A DNA stretch of 61,665 bases, filler included, from Platydemus manokwari (taxonomy: Eukaryota), in the NCBI GenBank assembly GCA_037951405.1. It is 5 parts of 5 records of this genome, joined end to end, with 100 filler letters (N's around TTAATTAATTAA, not from the genome) between each part and the next. Parts side by side here need not be neighbours in the genome. Positions count along the whole stretch, not along the records: positions 1 to 11,230 come from JBBMOY010827758.1; positions 11,331 to 27,816 come from JBBMOY011169212.1; 3 more parts are not named here. One strand, 5' to 3'. Both the position numbers and the translations under genes were made by a program. A model generated the notes under the pieces. The model saw nothing but the letters and a program-made list of their open reading frames with translations, was not told the DNA's origin and searched no databases. Below are positions 1 through 13,485 of the stretch, one piece after another. Numbering within the stretch: position 1 is the stretch's first letter; each line of letters opens with the position of its first letter.

Positions 1-49
1 ATAAATTTATAAGTGTCGTCAATTTTAAGTTTGTTTTTAAACATATTTA

Positions 50-520
50 ATAAAATAGCAGCAGAAATAACGAGTGGATATCGAAATATAGCATTGTTTT
101 GCTATGTAATATATGCTAGTTATTTCATCTGATGAAGTTATTTACCTTGCCCTATATATTTCAAAAAGATGACCTGGTAGTACGATTTGTTCATACTTTA
201 AGCAATATGTCAGCTTCAAGTACAAGTAAAAAATGAAGATATTGAGATTTTCATATAGAATCATGAATATAAAAGAATAACAGGCTGATAAAATTTATAT
301 AAGAAACAATAACATTGGAGTATTTTCAACCTTCAATCTAATACATGAAGGACAACAACAACAAAGCGGAGATGCAGTAATTGATGCACGCAAATTGGAA
401 AAGTGCCAGATTACATATTAAATACATTTAAGAAAGCTATAAAGAAGCCCACACAAAAATTCAAAGTTGGCTAACATGTATTAGTAGATTTTAAAGCTGC
501 AGAGAACATGTAATCGTACA
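50..520 (+). mobile_element. Degraded DDE integrase remnant (gypsy/Ginger-like)
   Basis: Broken frames give NKIAAEITSG, ISSDE, RFSYRIM, FSTFNLIHEG and KFKVG*HVLV, resembling integrase core and C-terminal motifs (SDxG, AYR, SPF.L.G, F.VGD.VLV). Many stops. Confidence 0.35.
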
Positions 521-1809
521 GAATCTATAATCATTTAAATAACTGTCTAAAATTTAATTTGGATTTGGAAATCAGAAAGAAAATACATGATAGGAAGTGA
601 AATCTAGTAATTATCCTTTATCGAAAGTATACAGGATGTAACGTGACCTTAGATATACGGAAGGATATGAATAATTAGAAGTAATAGTACGGATATTCAA
701 CATCCATCCCCAATGACAACAATAAAATCTGTAACGGCAACCAAAAAGATTTGCGATAAACCTATTTTCCTGTTCGAAAGAGCATAATATGTTTAGGAAT
801 CGAACCAACAAATATATCCAAATCCCAATAAAACAATTCTGCAATATACTGTACTTACTTTAAAAGATACAAAAACCATGCAAAAAGGTTATAAAAATAT
901 GATGCTACAGACAGAAATTTTTAAAAATTTCATTGACATTGGTATAAGTTTAAAGGGAAAAATTAATTTAGCCACACCTAAATAATTAAATGTAAAAATG
1001 ATTTCACTTTTTTTTTAATTTAGTTATTTTTGTGAGGTTTAAAAATAAAATCACGATTAACAATAAAAAAAATAGTTTTTATTGACTATATAATATAAAT
1101 TATATAATATAAATTATCTAATATATATATATAAAATTTGAAAGGGTGTTCATGTAAATAAAACTCTTATAATAATGTTTGATAAATTTTAATCCGCGAA
1201 AAAAATTGGTCACAAATATTTTGTGTATAATCTTTAATATTATTCTTATAAGGAATAAATTTTTCGAATTTTCTTTTCTAAAAGACCGATTAATAATCAT
1301 TATTAATGATAATAATTATTATTATGTTAATTTGAATTATTTTATCACAGTATCACTTGTAGTTCTATATAAGAAATATAATTTCATAATTCTCACGCAA
1401 TATCAACGATTATGTAATCAATTGTATTTACCATTGTATTTTTGTAATGAAACCGAACTTGATCCTTCCATTGATTTATGTCTCTCTAAATAAGCAAAAA
1501 TTAATCACTTGAGTATGAACAATATGAAGCTAAAGATAGACATTTTATTAACATGATTATAGGATTAAAGAAACATTTGTTTTAGTGACGACTTAAAATC
1601 TATAAAATTATTTTACCAATAACAATGATTTTCAATGTAAGATTTTAAAAAATTAATTTAACAACTTATTGCAAAGGGTTTCCCGTAAAATAAGGTAAAA
1701 AGAAGCAGGTTTTCTTGTTGATAATATAGATAAAGCAGAAATCATAATATAAACTGAAAAAATCATAAAAAATTGAAAAACGTTAATTTTATAAAAAATT
1801 CAAAATTAA

Positions 1810-2850
1810 ACTTTGTGTGATATATTTTAAACGTTGCAGACATGCTAATAATACCGAATTTAGCACCAAATGTCTGTGTACTACATCAGATGGCATATCT
1901 TTTTTTGGAGTTTATTTTATTTGGATATTTGGAAGTAGTTCCAAGAAGTGACGTTCTGTCAACCGTAATGAATTGCTCTTACTAAGTCGACCACCTTTGT
2001 TTAGTAATGGTTTACAATTAGAGTTGAAACTGGTACATTTACATATTATTGTGCCCCAATAATTGTTCTTTTCCCGGTATAAATAAGTGATGACCATATA
2101 TATTCCGATTTGGATTCGCACAAGAAATAACTTTTTATCTCAAATCTGGCTCTTTTCAAAAATATGTACAACCTAAGACTTTCATCAATAGTGATGTGTT
2201 GTTGCGGTCTAATTGACTCTTGAAATTTCCCATTTAGCTGAAAATATTAGGGCCAAATTTTGCCGAGTTTTGGCTGCGGATTTGTAGCAGGGTCAAATGT
2301 TGTGTTATTTGCAAAATGTAGATATTTTTTATGAAAATAAATTTTCAATGTAACATCAATTTAAAAAAACACTGTAAAAATTGATGGCTTTCTGTTTCAG
2401 TATAAATTTTCTTCTTATTTTTGGACAATACTCATAGCCATGGTAACGGCAAAAAAAATCCTTATTTATAAAATGTTGGTAGACTATGTAATTTCAAAAT
2501 TGACTGGCGAAGTTGGTGGTCTTTCTCTCATACTTTATACATAGTAATTATTTGGTCTGCAATATTTTGTACAAATTCGCAATCGAAAATGTAGTGGAAA
2601 AATCGACTTAATTTTGTAAAGGATAAAATTTCCTCATTTATCAGCGAATTTACAGTAAAATCAAAAGATTTTGATGCTGCTAGTGTACTGGTGTCATTAT
2701 TTATATCCGTCCATTCGCATAAATATGATATTGTGATTGATTTGAATATATTCCATTGTAGAAACTAGAACTTAGAGCTGAACATGTTATATCGATTACT
2801 GAATGTTCAACATCGAACCCATCTTCGCTGTCACTATTGCTTTCAATTCT
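1810..2850 (-). mobile_element. piggyBac (PGBD4-like) transposase remnant, internally deleted
   Basis: Minus-strand fragments KKYLHFANNTTFDPATNPQPKLGKIWP, HITIDESL, KRARFEIKSYFLCESKSEYIWSSLIYTG, RLTERHFLELLP and terminal FKIYHTK match piggyBac transposase motifs. TIRs not found. Confidence 0.85.
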
Positions 2851-4309
2851 GCAGAAAAATTGAAAAAAATTAGATAAAATAAAAGAAACTTGTTTAATAT
2901 GGAAATTAATTTACAAACGGGCGAGGAGTTATCACTCCAGATATAAATATAAACATAATATTTCCTAATGGCAAGAGGTACTCGTTTGAAATGCTTAAGT
3001 GGTTAATCAAATTACTTATACAAAAACAATATCTAGTTCTTCTTTTATAAATGAACATTTCTATATAATAATACTTGATGGACTTTTATTCTAAAAAAAT
3101 ATATTACAGATATTTTCTGCATTAAATAAAGATGAAGAAATTTTATTCAGTAATTTTATATTTTTTTAAAAATGGATGTGATTGCAAAATATGAAGATCA
3201 AGCTTGGAGAAGCTTAATTACGATTTTATAGAAAATTGAAACAAAGTGGCTAATAATAATATTAATTTATTCAATTAATTATATAAATCTCATCATTTTG
3301 TGATGAAGAAACAGTGGAATGATATAATTCATTATTTATTTAAAATTTTATACAAATATTATTGTGTTTAATTTACAAATTGATGTTTTCTTGTTGAAAA
3401 TTCATGCAGTTCAATAAAAGAAATATTTAACAAATAAAGTTACTTCCTAATTGTATTCTAATCCTAATAAATAATTATGCAATCTATTGTATTTACTTTT
3501 CAATTCCATTGTATTCAAATTTTCATTTTCTAATAGTTTAAATCTCTCTAAATAAACAAAATATGCTCATACAAGTATTGACAAAATGAATCTAAAAAAG
3601 AAATTTAAACGGTTTCATTAATACTTGACATATAATTAACCGAACAAATTATTTTAACTACGAATTAAAAATATTGAATATTTTCACAACAATATTGATT
3701 TTCAATAAAAAAATTTAAAAACTTGATGATTATTTAATGAAATTATTTTCATCAACACAGTATCTCGCTCAAAAAGTAATTTTTGACAGATTCTTAATGA
3801 CCTCAAATTTCATTTATACATAAAAATCTTCACTATTATTTTATTAAGGTTAAATTTCTTCTATTACCTTTCCTAAAAGATTTTTTTACAGTCAGGCCAA
3901 CCTCCACTGATAAAGGTATAATAATTAAATTTACAAAACTAGATATATCATGATTGAAAATTGTTTATCATCTTATTTCTCACAAAACTAACGAGATGAT
4001 ATCAACACTCATCACTGTCTGTTAAGAGTTAAATACGCCCTACACTACTACAATCAATTTTGTCTCTTAATTCGTGCCAATCACACTCTATTATATCGCG
4101 ACGACGAATTTTGCAAACTTATTTTATCAAAAACAATGAATAATTATTACCTTCTAAACGTTCAATTCGGTTTGAAATTTCTGTCAAAAATAAGAATAAA
4201 TCAATATTTAAAATAAATTGCAAATGTGGTCATTTAAAAATTACAAATCATATACATATTTTTAAATGTGTAATCGAAAATATGCTTATTTATTTTTAAA
4301 GATTTGTAC

Positions 4310-4860
4310 ATGAATTATCCTGGAAATTAACCTAATCATCATAAGAAACAATACCTTATTATAACTTTATAAAAATCCGAATAATTGTTTTAAAGGAAAT
4401 ATTCCTGTAAATATTTGTTTCTTAATTAAAAAACCTTTTCTTCTTTTAAAACCTTTATTGTCTTTATCGGGATCTTCTTTAGTGTTATCTGGTAAACAAC
4501 CTGTTAATTCTCCGGTTTCTTCATATGTCTAATAAAACAAAATTCAGTAAACTAGATACTTCTTCTACACTTCAATATTTTTAATTTCATGAGTTCTTAA
4601 AGGTAATCTCATGGAATTAAATAAATTTGGAAAGATGTTATTTTCTAAAGTAATACTATGATCAACTTCTACATTATTTTCCTTTCTTTATTTTTAATTC
4701 AATTTCAATCTTGTATCTTAAAAAACTTTTGCAAATATCTACAGGATTAAAAGTTTGTTGAGATTCAAAAACAATGTCTGTTGATTTATTTAAATTAGTG
4801 GCAGTTTTTGATGATGGATTAATAATATATAAATCTTCTTTCTTAATATTATGTTAAAAT
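4310..4860 (-). mobile_element. Polinton/Maverick major capsid protein (double jelly-roll) pseudogene fragment
   Basis: Minus-strand peptides IINPSSKTATNLNKSTDIVFESQ, SITLENNIFPNLFNSMRLPLRTHEIKNIE and DNKGFKRRKGFLIKKQIFTGIFPLKQLFGFL*SYNKVLFLMMIRLISR follow the order of Polinton MCP N-terminal motifs (L.NN...LF..RY.L...EIE; N.GF..R; PL..LFGF...Y.K). Confidence 0.65.
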
Positions 4861-5034
4861 TTATAAATATTAATGAAATTTTCAAATTTTCTATCATTTT
4901 TATATATAAAATATAAAAATATTTTTTCATTATTTTATTTTTTTCGTTCATTTTAAAGCATAATATTTTTATTAGAATTATATGTATGTTATTTTTATGA
5001 ATTTAGCCAATGCCCTTAATTTTAGAGTAGTATG

Positions 5035-5960
5035 ATATACCAGTACCTCATGGGATATTTTGAACCTTCAAGTTCGAGAAAGATTGTTATTATTTTTCCA
5101 TTTGTCTAATCTTGTTACAATAACTCGTCATTTTGACTGACTAATCATTGTTCATTAGTCTATTGACTAAATTTATACTTATTACATTAAGTTCCTGTCA
5201 TGTGTCAAACAATATCTTCACTCTTTCATTTTCCAATTTGCACTAGCCTATTGGTTTTATTTTTGTTTTTCTGGTTTTCGTTTCGTAACAATCTTATCTA
5301 CTTTTGTCAAAATTCTGATTGTTTTGCCTCCTTGACAACTCGATCGAATTGAATTGATTTTACCTATAATTTCTTGGCTTAAACCATTTTAGTCACTCAC
5401 ATCCAACATATTACAATTTTTCTCAGAAATCTATCTAAGTTCCAAACATTGTCTTCTTCTGATGTCATTTTTTCCATTTTATTCAAATATTTTATATCTT
5501 TGACAAGTGTAGAACAGACTCTATGCAGATGGGGTTTGAAAACAATCAATTTATTATAAAATAAGCATAATATCATTTTTGTTTACATTTGAAACATACG
5601 ACACCCTCTATTGATTTCACTTGCAAACTTATTTTCGAAGAGTACCGGCTCTCTTTTATTGTGACAATGTATTGCTTCAACCTAGAATTCTCAACTTTTA
5701 ATATTCCAAAGATATCCATTCTTCTGATTTTATATGTTTCGGATCCCACATCATAACTAAATCTCCGGATTCAGCCTTCTAGACATCATTATCACCCTTG
5801 ACAAGTCTGACAGATTCATCTATATTCTTAGGGTTCGATTTCTTTAATCTAAATTTAAAGCTCTTATCAGGAAGAATTTTGATCGAAACCTTCCTGAAAA
5901 CATCTTCCTTATTTTCAATATTAATTCCAACTATGGTAATTTGAACTTTCTTTTAAAAGT
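5035..5960 (-). mobile_element. LTR retrotransposon gag-protease remnant
   Basis: Degenerate CCHC knuckle VVCFKCKQK*YYA near 5570-5605, followed by aspartic protease motif VKILFDT*QELNVISINLVNRL near 5160-5225. Confidence 0.7.
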
Positions 5961-6739
5961 CTTTCATGAAATACAAAGGCCGTTCATAAAGCTTACGGAC
6001 CATAAAGCTTACGAATTAAAAGTTTTGAATATTTTCACAACATTATTGAATTTCATTATAAAAGTTTGAAAACTTGATGATAATTTAATGAATTTATTTT
6101 CACCGACACAATATCTCGCTCTTTTTCTGTATATGGAGCTGTCCATATACTAATGTTTGACAGACTCTTAATGACCTTAAACTTCATTTATACATTAATA
6201 TCTTCACTATTATTTTATTGAGTTAAAATTGCTTCAATTTATTTTTTAATAGTTTATTTTTAACAGTTAAGCCAACACTCTAACATACATAATCTTGCAA
6301 ATTTATTTAATCAAACAACAATGAATAATTATTACCTTTTAAATCACGTTCAATTCTGTTTTTAAATTCTTTCAGAGCTATAAAGAAATTAATATTTAAA
6401 ATGATTTTCAAATATGGTCATTTAAAAATAACAAATCATTTACATAATTTTTAAATGCAACTTTAAAAATATGCCTTTTATTTAAAATCTTTACATGAAT
6501 TTAAACAGATAAATAAATTTTGTTAATAAATTAAATATCTCTAAAAAAGTGATTGCAAAACATGAAGATCATGATTGGAGTAACTCGGATACGATTTTAA
6601 AGAAAATTAAAATCAACTGGTTAATAATATTAATAATTTATTCAATTATTATAAAAATTCCATCATTTTCAAGAAGAAAAGAGTTGTGCGTAAAATAAAT
6701 GAAATAGATTGCGATTAAATATGTCTAGCCATTTGAATA

Positions 6740-6900
6740 GTCACTTGCTGTCAAGAAATGTCCAATATTTATCAACCAAAAAGAGCTAAAGAAATTATTA
6801 TTGTGATCCATAAAAGACGTTTCTCCAAAAGAATGAAACCGTGTTTGGATGGATTGCCAGACTATTGCTAGATGGACAATATCTTATCAGACGTCGAAAA
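6740..6900 (+). mobile_element. Mariner fragment related to the 41 kb copy; part is repeated at 11154-11230
   Basis: TGTCAAGAAATGTC...CTCCAAAAGAATG.AAC.GTGTTTGG.TGGA...GGACAATATCT aligns by eye with 41530-41625. 6761-6838 is repeated almost identically at 11154-11230. Confidence 0.6.
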
Positions 6901-7291
6901 TTCAAACAGTTCAATAAAAGAAATATTTAAAAAATAATGTTACTTCATTATTATATTCTAATCCTAATAAATAATTCTGCAACCATTAATTTTACTTTTC
7001 AATTCCATTGAATTCAAAATTTGATTTTCTAATAGTTTATGGCTCTCTAAATAAACAAAAAATATTCATACAAGTATTAACATTTAAACCGTTTCATTAA
7101 TACTTGACATATAATTAACTGAATGATTTATTTTAACTACGAATTAAAAGTTTTGAATATTTTCACAACATTATTTTTTCAATATAAAAATTAAATTTAT
7201 TTATTTTATTAAGTTTAAATTAATTCAATTTATTCTTCCAATAGCTTATTCTTAACAGTTATACTAACTGTCATGCCAATTACACTCTAAT

Positions 7292-10211
7292 ATTTATAGT
7301 TAGGTATAAAACATCTGTATCAGATGCAGATGGTTGACAGTGGAAAAAATTGAGTACAACGGCACACATATTGAAATTTATAGGATTCTGGTGAATCAAT
7401 AACAGTAATCAAAGAGAGCAATTGGAGAAGCACTAGAAAGCTGCAGAATGAAAATTCAAATGTTCAATTAGTTAATGTATACACACAATTCATCCAATAC
7501 ACACAAGAAAATAAAGAACACAATAATTTGGATCAACAAAATTCTAGTGAAGGAGATCATGTGGTAAAAGAAATTTCACCAGGATTTATTGGACGAGTTG
7601 ATATGAAGAAGACTTCTGTAATATTTCTTGCAAGGATAAAACTAACTGTTGTCGAGGATGTTGGAAAGAAACACAGCAACCAAAACAGAATGACACTGAA
7701 GAGTATTGTTGATCAGAACGATATTTCATTGAATTGGAAAAAAAAGAAAATGACTTGATTTTCATGTCTTCTCGATTCGATTTAGGACTAACAGATTTGG
7801 TGATGCACTAGATCCGTACGAAAGGGAAATCTTTTGCACAAAACCTCAAAAGACAGCCAATAAATTTAGAAACTAAAACTCAAAAATCGATAGAAAGTTT
7901 TCTCGAAAGTAAAGTTATAATGCCATGCAAGAACTCTTGAAACTCTCCTTTGGTGGTGGTTCCTAAGTCAGATAAATCTATCAGAATATGTTTAGACTTC
8001 AGAAAATTTAAAAAATAGACTGAGGAGTTTACTTTTCCGGTACCTGATATCCAAAATTTATTGGAGTAAGTACATTGACTGTCAGATTATCCATAAAAGA
8101 TTTAGGTTAAACATATTACCATGTTGAACATGAGGAAGATTCTAAAATGAAAATGGTGTTTAGCACTAGAACTGGGCAGTTCTGTTTTAACAGACTACTT
8201 TTTGGATTATGTAATGCTCTATCATTGTTTCAGAAGTAAATGAATACTATATTCAAAGACTTGATTTACAAAAGCGTTCTTGGTTATCTGGACGATAATT
8301 TAGTGTATGGAAGAACAGTAGAGGAACACGAAGAGAAGCTGATTAAGGTATTCAGATTAATTAAATCATCAGGTTTGAAATAAATATATTGAGAAATGCA
8401 CTTTGGCAATAGAAAATTAAATTTCCTGGGTCATACGTTCAATGCAGGAGGCATATCAACTAATGACGACTAATAAAAGAAGATAAAGGAAACAATAAAA
8501 TCTGGATGCATCACTCAGTTGAGATCGATCTAAGAATTATGCAATTATTACAGAAGATTTATCAAGGATTACGCATTAATTACAGCTCCTTTATATACCA
8601 TGATGACTGGAAATGACAAGAAATTGGATAGAAGTACAGAGTGTAAAGAAGGTTTTGGAAATCTTAAGGAACAATTATGCATAGCTCTCATTTTGACCTT
8701 TCCAGATTCAGACAAAGTTATTATTTTAGACACCGACGCTATTTGCGGACCTATTTGGGGTTTTCTAAGCCAAATCGAAGACAATGGAAAAGAGAGTAGC
8801 TGCCTATGTTTTAGAACTCTTAACAGTCATGAAAAAGGTTTTTATGTCTCGAGAAAAGAGCTTTTGGCAATCCAAGAGTTAATTATGCATTTTAAACATT
8901 ACATGTTGGGAAAGAATTTCTTAACTCGCATTGATCACAAAGCCTTGACATACATGAAGAAAACTAACAAACCGCTTAGTCTGGATTTAATTTTGAACTT
9001 CAATATCGAAAGGGATCAGATCATGGAAATGCAGATAGAATCTCAATGATAGGCGAAGGATTTTGTCCATAATGCACAAAAGGGGCTAAAGAAAGTAATC
9101 AAACAAAATCGGTAATAATGTTGTCGAGCATTCAAATGTATATAATGACGAACTAAGAAAGTGTCAACAAGACGAAAATGGCTAGGGAAAAAAAGTAGAA
9201 GTCGATTCAGCAGTCAAGTAAAGCGAATATTTTAACAGTTTAGAGAAATTTGAATTGTTTGAAGATATGGTGGTGTATAATGACAATGGAAAGAAACGAA
9301 TTGTTGTGCCAGAGGTTTGTTCGCAGAAATCTACGAGATACTCTCATGCGGAGTTGTGCCATAATGGTAATAAGAAATTAGTCCATTACATTTACTGCCC
9401 AAATATGTCACGAAGCATCGAACATGAAGTATGGAATTGTGATATTTGTGCTAAACAGAAAATATACACTAGACGGACTAGAAATATTATGATTACCAAG
9501 GAAGAGTTTTTCCTCTGGAACATATCGTTGTTGATGTTGCGTAATTCGATGAATTTATGACTAAAATCAAATATTTGTTGGTCAATGTGGATAGATTCAG
9601 TAAGATAATAAGCTTGGTGTTATTTATTCGAAGAAACAAGTATTTTCAAGTCCATCATCGATAAATGGAACTATAGTATATGGTGCCCTAAAATCAATAT
9701 TATCTTATCAGGATAGAGTCTTCGAAATAAGGAATGTGAAAGTATTAGCAACACGTTTTGGAATAGAACAAGAATTTACCTCTTCATACTAACATCAGGT
9801 AAATGGTTTAGTCAAAAGAATCACTAGGACGGTTCAGGACATGGTGGTAACAACGATGGCATCATAGAAACAGGCTTGGGATTAATTAATACCGTGAAGA
9901 GAATTCATTATCAATTCAAAATATCAAAAAACCAGTAGCCATAAATTTAAGAATATTCGATGCTAAAAAAGGTTGTAGAATTTTAACAGTTAGAGAAGAA
10001 GTTTTGATGAAGAAAGGTAATGAAGGTCCTCACAGAACTTTGAAATTTTTAAGTCTACATCAAGTACTTCTTGATTTAAGGACAGATAAAAGGAATCTCA
10101 AAAACAACGGGAGAGGGAAGTTAGATAAAAAGTTAGATTTGTTCTAATATTAAAATAAAATTAGTTTTAAAAATAAAATAAAATATTGATGGAAACGACT
10201 TATTTTTTGCT
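7292..10211 (+). mobile_element. Ty3/gypsy retrotransposon remnant (protease-RT-RNase H-integrase), pseudogenised
   Basis: NSPLVVVPKSDKSIRICLDFR, FCFNRLLFGLCNA, GYLDDNLVYG (about 8282), RNase H ILDTDA/KELLAI/RIDHKAL, integrase zinc-finger HAELCH...CDICAK and VDRFSK, in gypsy domain order. It interrupts a copy of the local repeat. Confidence 0.92.
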
Positions 10212-11230
10212 TATATGATCTTGCAAATTTATTTTATCAAACAACAATAAATAATGATCACCTTCTAAACGTTCTATTCTGTTTTCAAATGCTGTCGAAA
10301 CTATTAGGAAATTAATATTTAAAATAAATTGCAAATATGGTCATTTTAAATAACAAATCATATACATGATTATTAAATGCTACTTAAAAAATATGGTCTT
10401 TTACTTTCTAAATCTTTGCATGAATTTACATTATGGAATTTATTCATTTTTTCAATACAGGTAAAAAATTATTAATGAATTTAATATTTCTATAAAAATG
10501 AATGGAATTGCAAATTTTTAAGATTAGAGAAGCTAAGATATGATTTTATAGGGAATTAAAACAAACTAGTTAGTAATATTATTAATTTATTCAATTAATC
10601 ACATAAATTATAACATTTTCAACATTGTGAGTCGTGGTAATTTCAAAAATGATCGCAAAAAAAAATTGTCTCATTCAAAGAAGTTTAAATCTTATATATT
10701 GAGACTAAACATTGAGAATATACTTGGTGAAAAAAGGGGAACCGATTTCAACGTTTTGAATCGACTTTAACTGTGTATAGAGTTGTGGATTTTTTGGGAT
10801 CATAATGAAAGGCGGTCAGTTTTGATCTCAAAAAAACTTAAAGTTGTTTCATGAATTCCTATCATAAGTTAGTATAATTGAATATAAATGTTAAGAAATA
10901 ATTCATAAAACTTTGAAATTAAATAACATAATAAATAAATTAAGATTTAAAAAAATAGTTGATCAAAGAAATGAAAATAAATAAAATCAAAATAAATAAA
11001 TAAATATATCTAAAATTAATAATAATAATTAAAATACAATTATTACAAATTGTGCATTCATTTTTCGTTCATTTTTAAGCATAATATTTTTAATAGAATT
11101 TCATGCATGTTATTTTTATGAATTTCGCCAATGCCCTTAATTTTAGAGTAGTATCCAATATTTATCAACCAAAAAGAGCTAAAGAAATTATTATTGTGAT
11201 CCATAAAAGACGTTTCTCCAAAAGAATGAA

Positions 11231-11330
11231 NNNNNNNNNNNNNNNNNNNNNNNNNNNNNNNNNNNNNNNNNNNNTTAATTAATTAANNNNNNNNNNNNNN
11301 NNNNNNNNNNNNNNNNNNNNNNNNNNNNNN
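11231..11330. other. Assembly gap with TTAATTAATTAA linker (also 27817-27916, 39491-39590, 50247-50346)
   Basis: Identical 100-nt N-run plus a 12-mer with stops in all frames, at four places. Confidence 0.98.
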
Positions 11331-11832
11331 GAACTTAGTGGTGAAGATTAAAATAACTCGCAATCAGGCGAATATTATAAAATTATTAACATATAGGTTC
11401 AATCATACATACGAGTTATTGAAAATTAAAAATAAAAAAAAACAATTTCTACTCATTTCAACTCGAATTCACCATATAATAATTATCTAATGAATGATTC
11501 GAACAGTAAGGCTCATTTCACTAACAATTATTTGCCATTTAATGATAGATATTGTATTGTCGTTTTAAATGAGGATAACCCCCCCCATAATTAATAGAAA
11601 TTATATTCTATTAATATAAATTCATCAATAACCATTAGCAAAACAGAAATTCAATTCTATCCGGTTCAAATAATGTCATGAAAAGTATAAAATAATAATT
11701 CCAGTGCGATATTGTTCTATAAATAGCTCGATGTGCCCTATTATTTAATTAATAGAAAACAAAGAATGAAAAATAAAAAACGATAAAACGCAATAAAATA
11801 ATATTTAAAATAAAAAATAACAAAATATTCAC

Positions 11833-13485
11833 CTTCAATCCTACTGATGTTGAGTTCACTTTCTTTCTCTGTTATTTTCATTTGCCAATGAATTCTCGAT
11901 ACTTGGGACAGTTTTTCGGCTTCTGGAATAACATAAATATAAATAATTATTTTTGTTCAATAAGCCAACATTAACTAGTAAACATAAAAATTGAAAATAA
12001 ATTAATAACAATTAAAACAAATATTTCCTAGTAAAATGAAATGAATAAATTATTAAAAAATGGGTTAGGGTTAACTAATAATAAATGATAACAATAATAA
12101 TAATATTTTCAAAATAATAAATAAATTTAATAACATCAATATTATTATTAATAATAATAATAAAATATAAAGAACGAATTATAAATACGAATAATAAATG
12201 ATAACAATAATATTTTCAAAATAATAAATAAATTTAATATCATTAAAATTTATAATAATAATAATAATAAATATAAAGAACGAATTATCAATAGGAATAA
12301 TAAATGATAATAATATTTTTAAAATAATAAATAAAATTAATAACACCAATATTATTAATAATATTACTAATAATAATAATAAAATATAAAATTTTTATAA
12401 TTAAAAAACAAAATTAAAAAATATATAAAATTTATAATGTCCTAAATATTCACAAAAAAGATCAAAAAAACTATCTCCACCTATAATCGCTCTCAATCGT
12501 TCTGTTTCCGCCTCTTTCTCCACAACTCGCTGCCGTTCACTAGCTATAAGCAACTTCGTTTTTTCCGCTTCCATATTTTCATAATTGCGTCTGATTTGTT
12601 CGGGGATTTTCGGTTTCGTCACTCTAACAGCCTGAATCAACAATCCTGGCGCCATTTCTGTCAAATCTTCTTGGAGAGCTTTTTTCAAATTTTCATCGAT
12701 TTGATCTGGAAACGAAATCCATCAATTAATCCCCAATCCGTCAATATGGCAGACAAATATTCGTTACCAAATTTTTGAATATAAACTTCTTGCAATGTAT
12801 GAATACTGCAAAACTGATTCAGTTCGTGATGGATTTTGTTGTAGATCAATGTTTTATCATAATCGGCCGTATAATTCTTCACAATATCGTATACTAGTTG
12901 CACATAAAGAAATAATTAAATATCATTTTTTATAAATAATATCATTTAACTTAATGTCTTTAATGATTTTCTGATAAACTCATTAAAAACTTAAATTTTA
13001 CATGATTTTTAGATACTCAAATGTGATTATTAACAATTAATAAACGAAAACCATTTAATCTTTACCCACATCAGGTCGAAGTACATTAACCACTTCTATT
13101 CTATCAAAATATATTACTACTCCACCACTTGTTCCACAAGGCACATTTTTCACTTCATCTGTTTGTAAGGTTGTCTGACATTTGGTTTTAATAAAATACT
13201 TAAATAGCCAAAAAGCAAAATTACTTGAACCGTCCTGTACGAAGTTATGAATGGAATCATCAAGCGATAGCCAGGTCCACTGACTCCCGATAAAAGAGCT
13301 CCACCGCGATAATAAACACCAACAAATCCTTTAGAAATTGTTTTTTAAAATAATATAATGTCATAGATTGGGTGATTTTCTTTAGAATTACCTTCATCAA
13401 TTTTATGAAGTGAAAAATTCAAGCTTAGTAAAACTGCACTAATACCAATTATCAAACTTAGTGTTGTAAAATCTTGTTGTTGCAT
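11833..13485 (-). CDS. erlin: Erlin (SPFH/band-7 ER lipid-raft protein); 6 exons seen, 3' end missing
   Basis: GT-AG exons 13485-13392, 13328-13225, 13174-13066, 12893-12768, 12705-12481 and 11922-11833 splice in frame to [44 protein letters not shown]...[28 protein letters not shown]...[11 protein letters not shown]...[30 protein letters not shown]...[13 protein letters not shown]. Confidence 0.96.
12078..12390. repeat. AT-rich intronic tandem repeat, about 3 copies of about 105 bp
   Basis: The unit TAATAAATGATAA...TATTTTCAAAATAATAAATAAATTTAATA...AAAATATAAAGAACGAATTAT recurs three times. Confidence 0.8.

Larger units (their letters stand above)
1400..11150. repeat. Locally duplicated, diverged block (2-4 partial copies), probably Polinton-derived
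   Basis: Homologous segments: 3150-3320, 6530-6690 and 10480-10620; 3400-3720, 6900-7190 and 1400-1650; 3660-4320, 6010-6500 and 10215-10430; 4935-5033 and 11060-11153. Confidence 0.85.

Noticed and set aside
11275-11286. Palindrome TTAATTAATTAA recurring four times
   Set aside because: Always centred in 100-nt N gaps; a scaffolding linker, not biology.
12061-12075. GGGTTAGGGTTA telomere-like motif
   Set aside because: Only about two units; too short to distinguish from chance.
12078-12390. Regularly spaced repeats as a CRISPR-like array
   Set aside because: Low-complexity eukaryotic intronic tandem repeat with no unique spacers and no cas genes.
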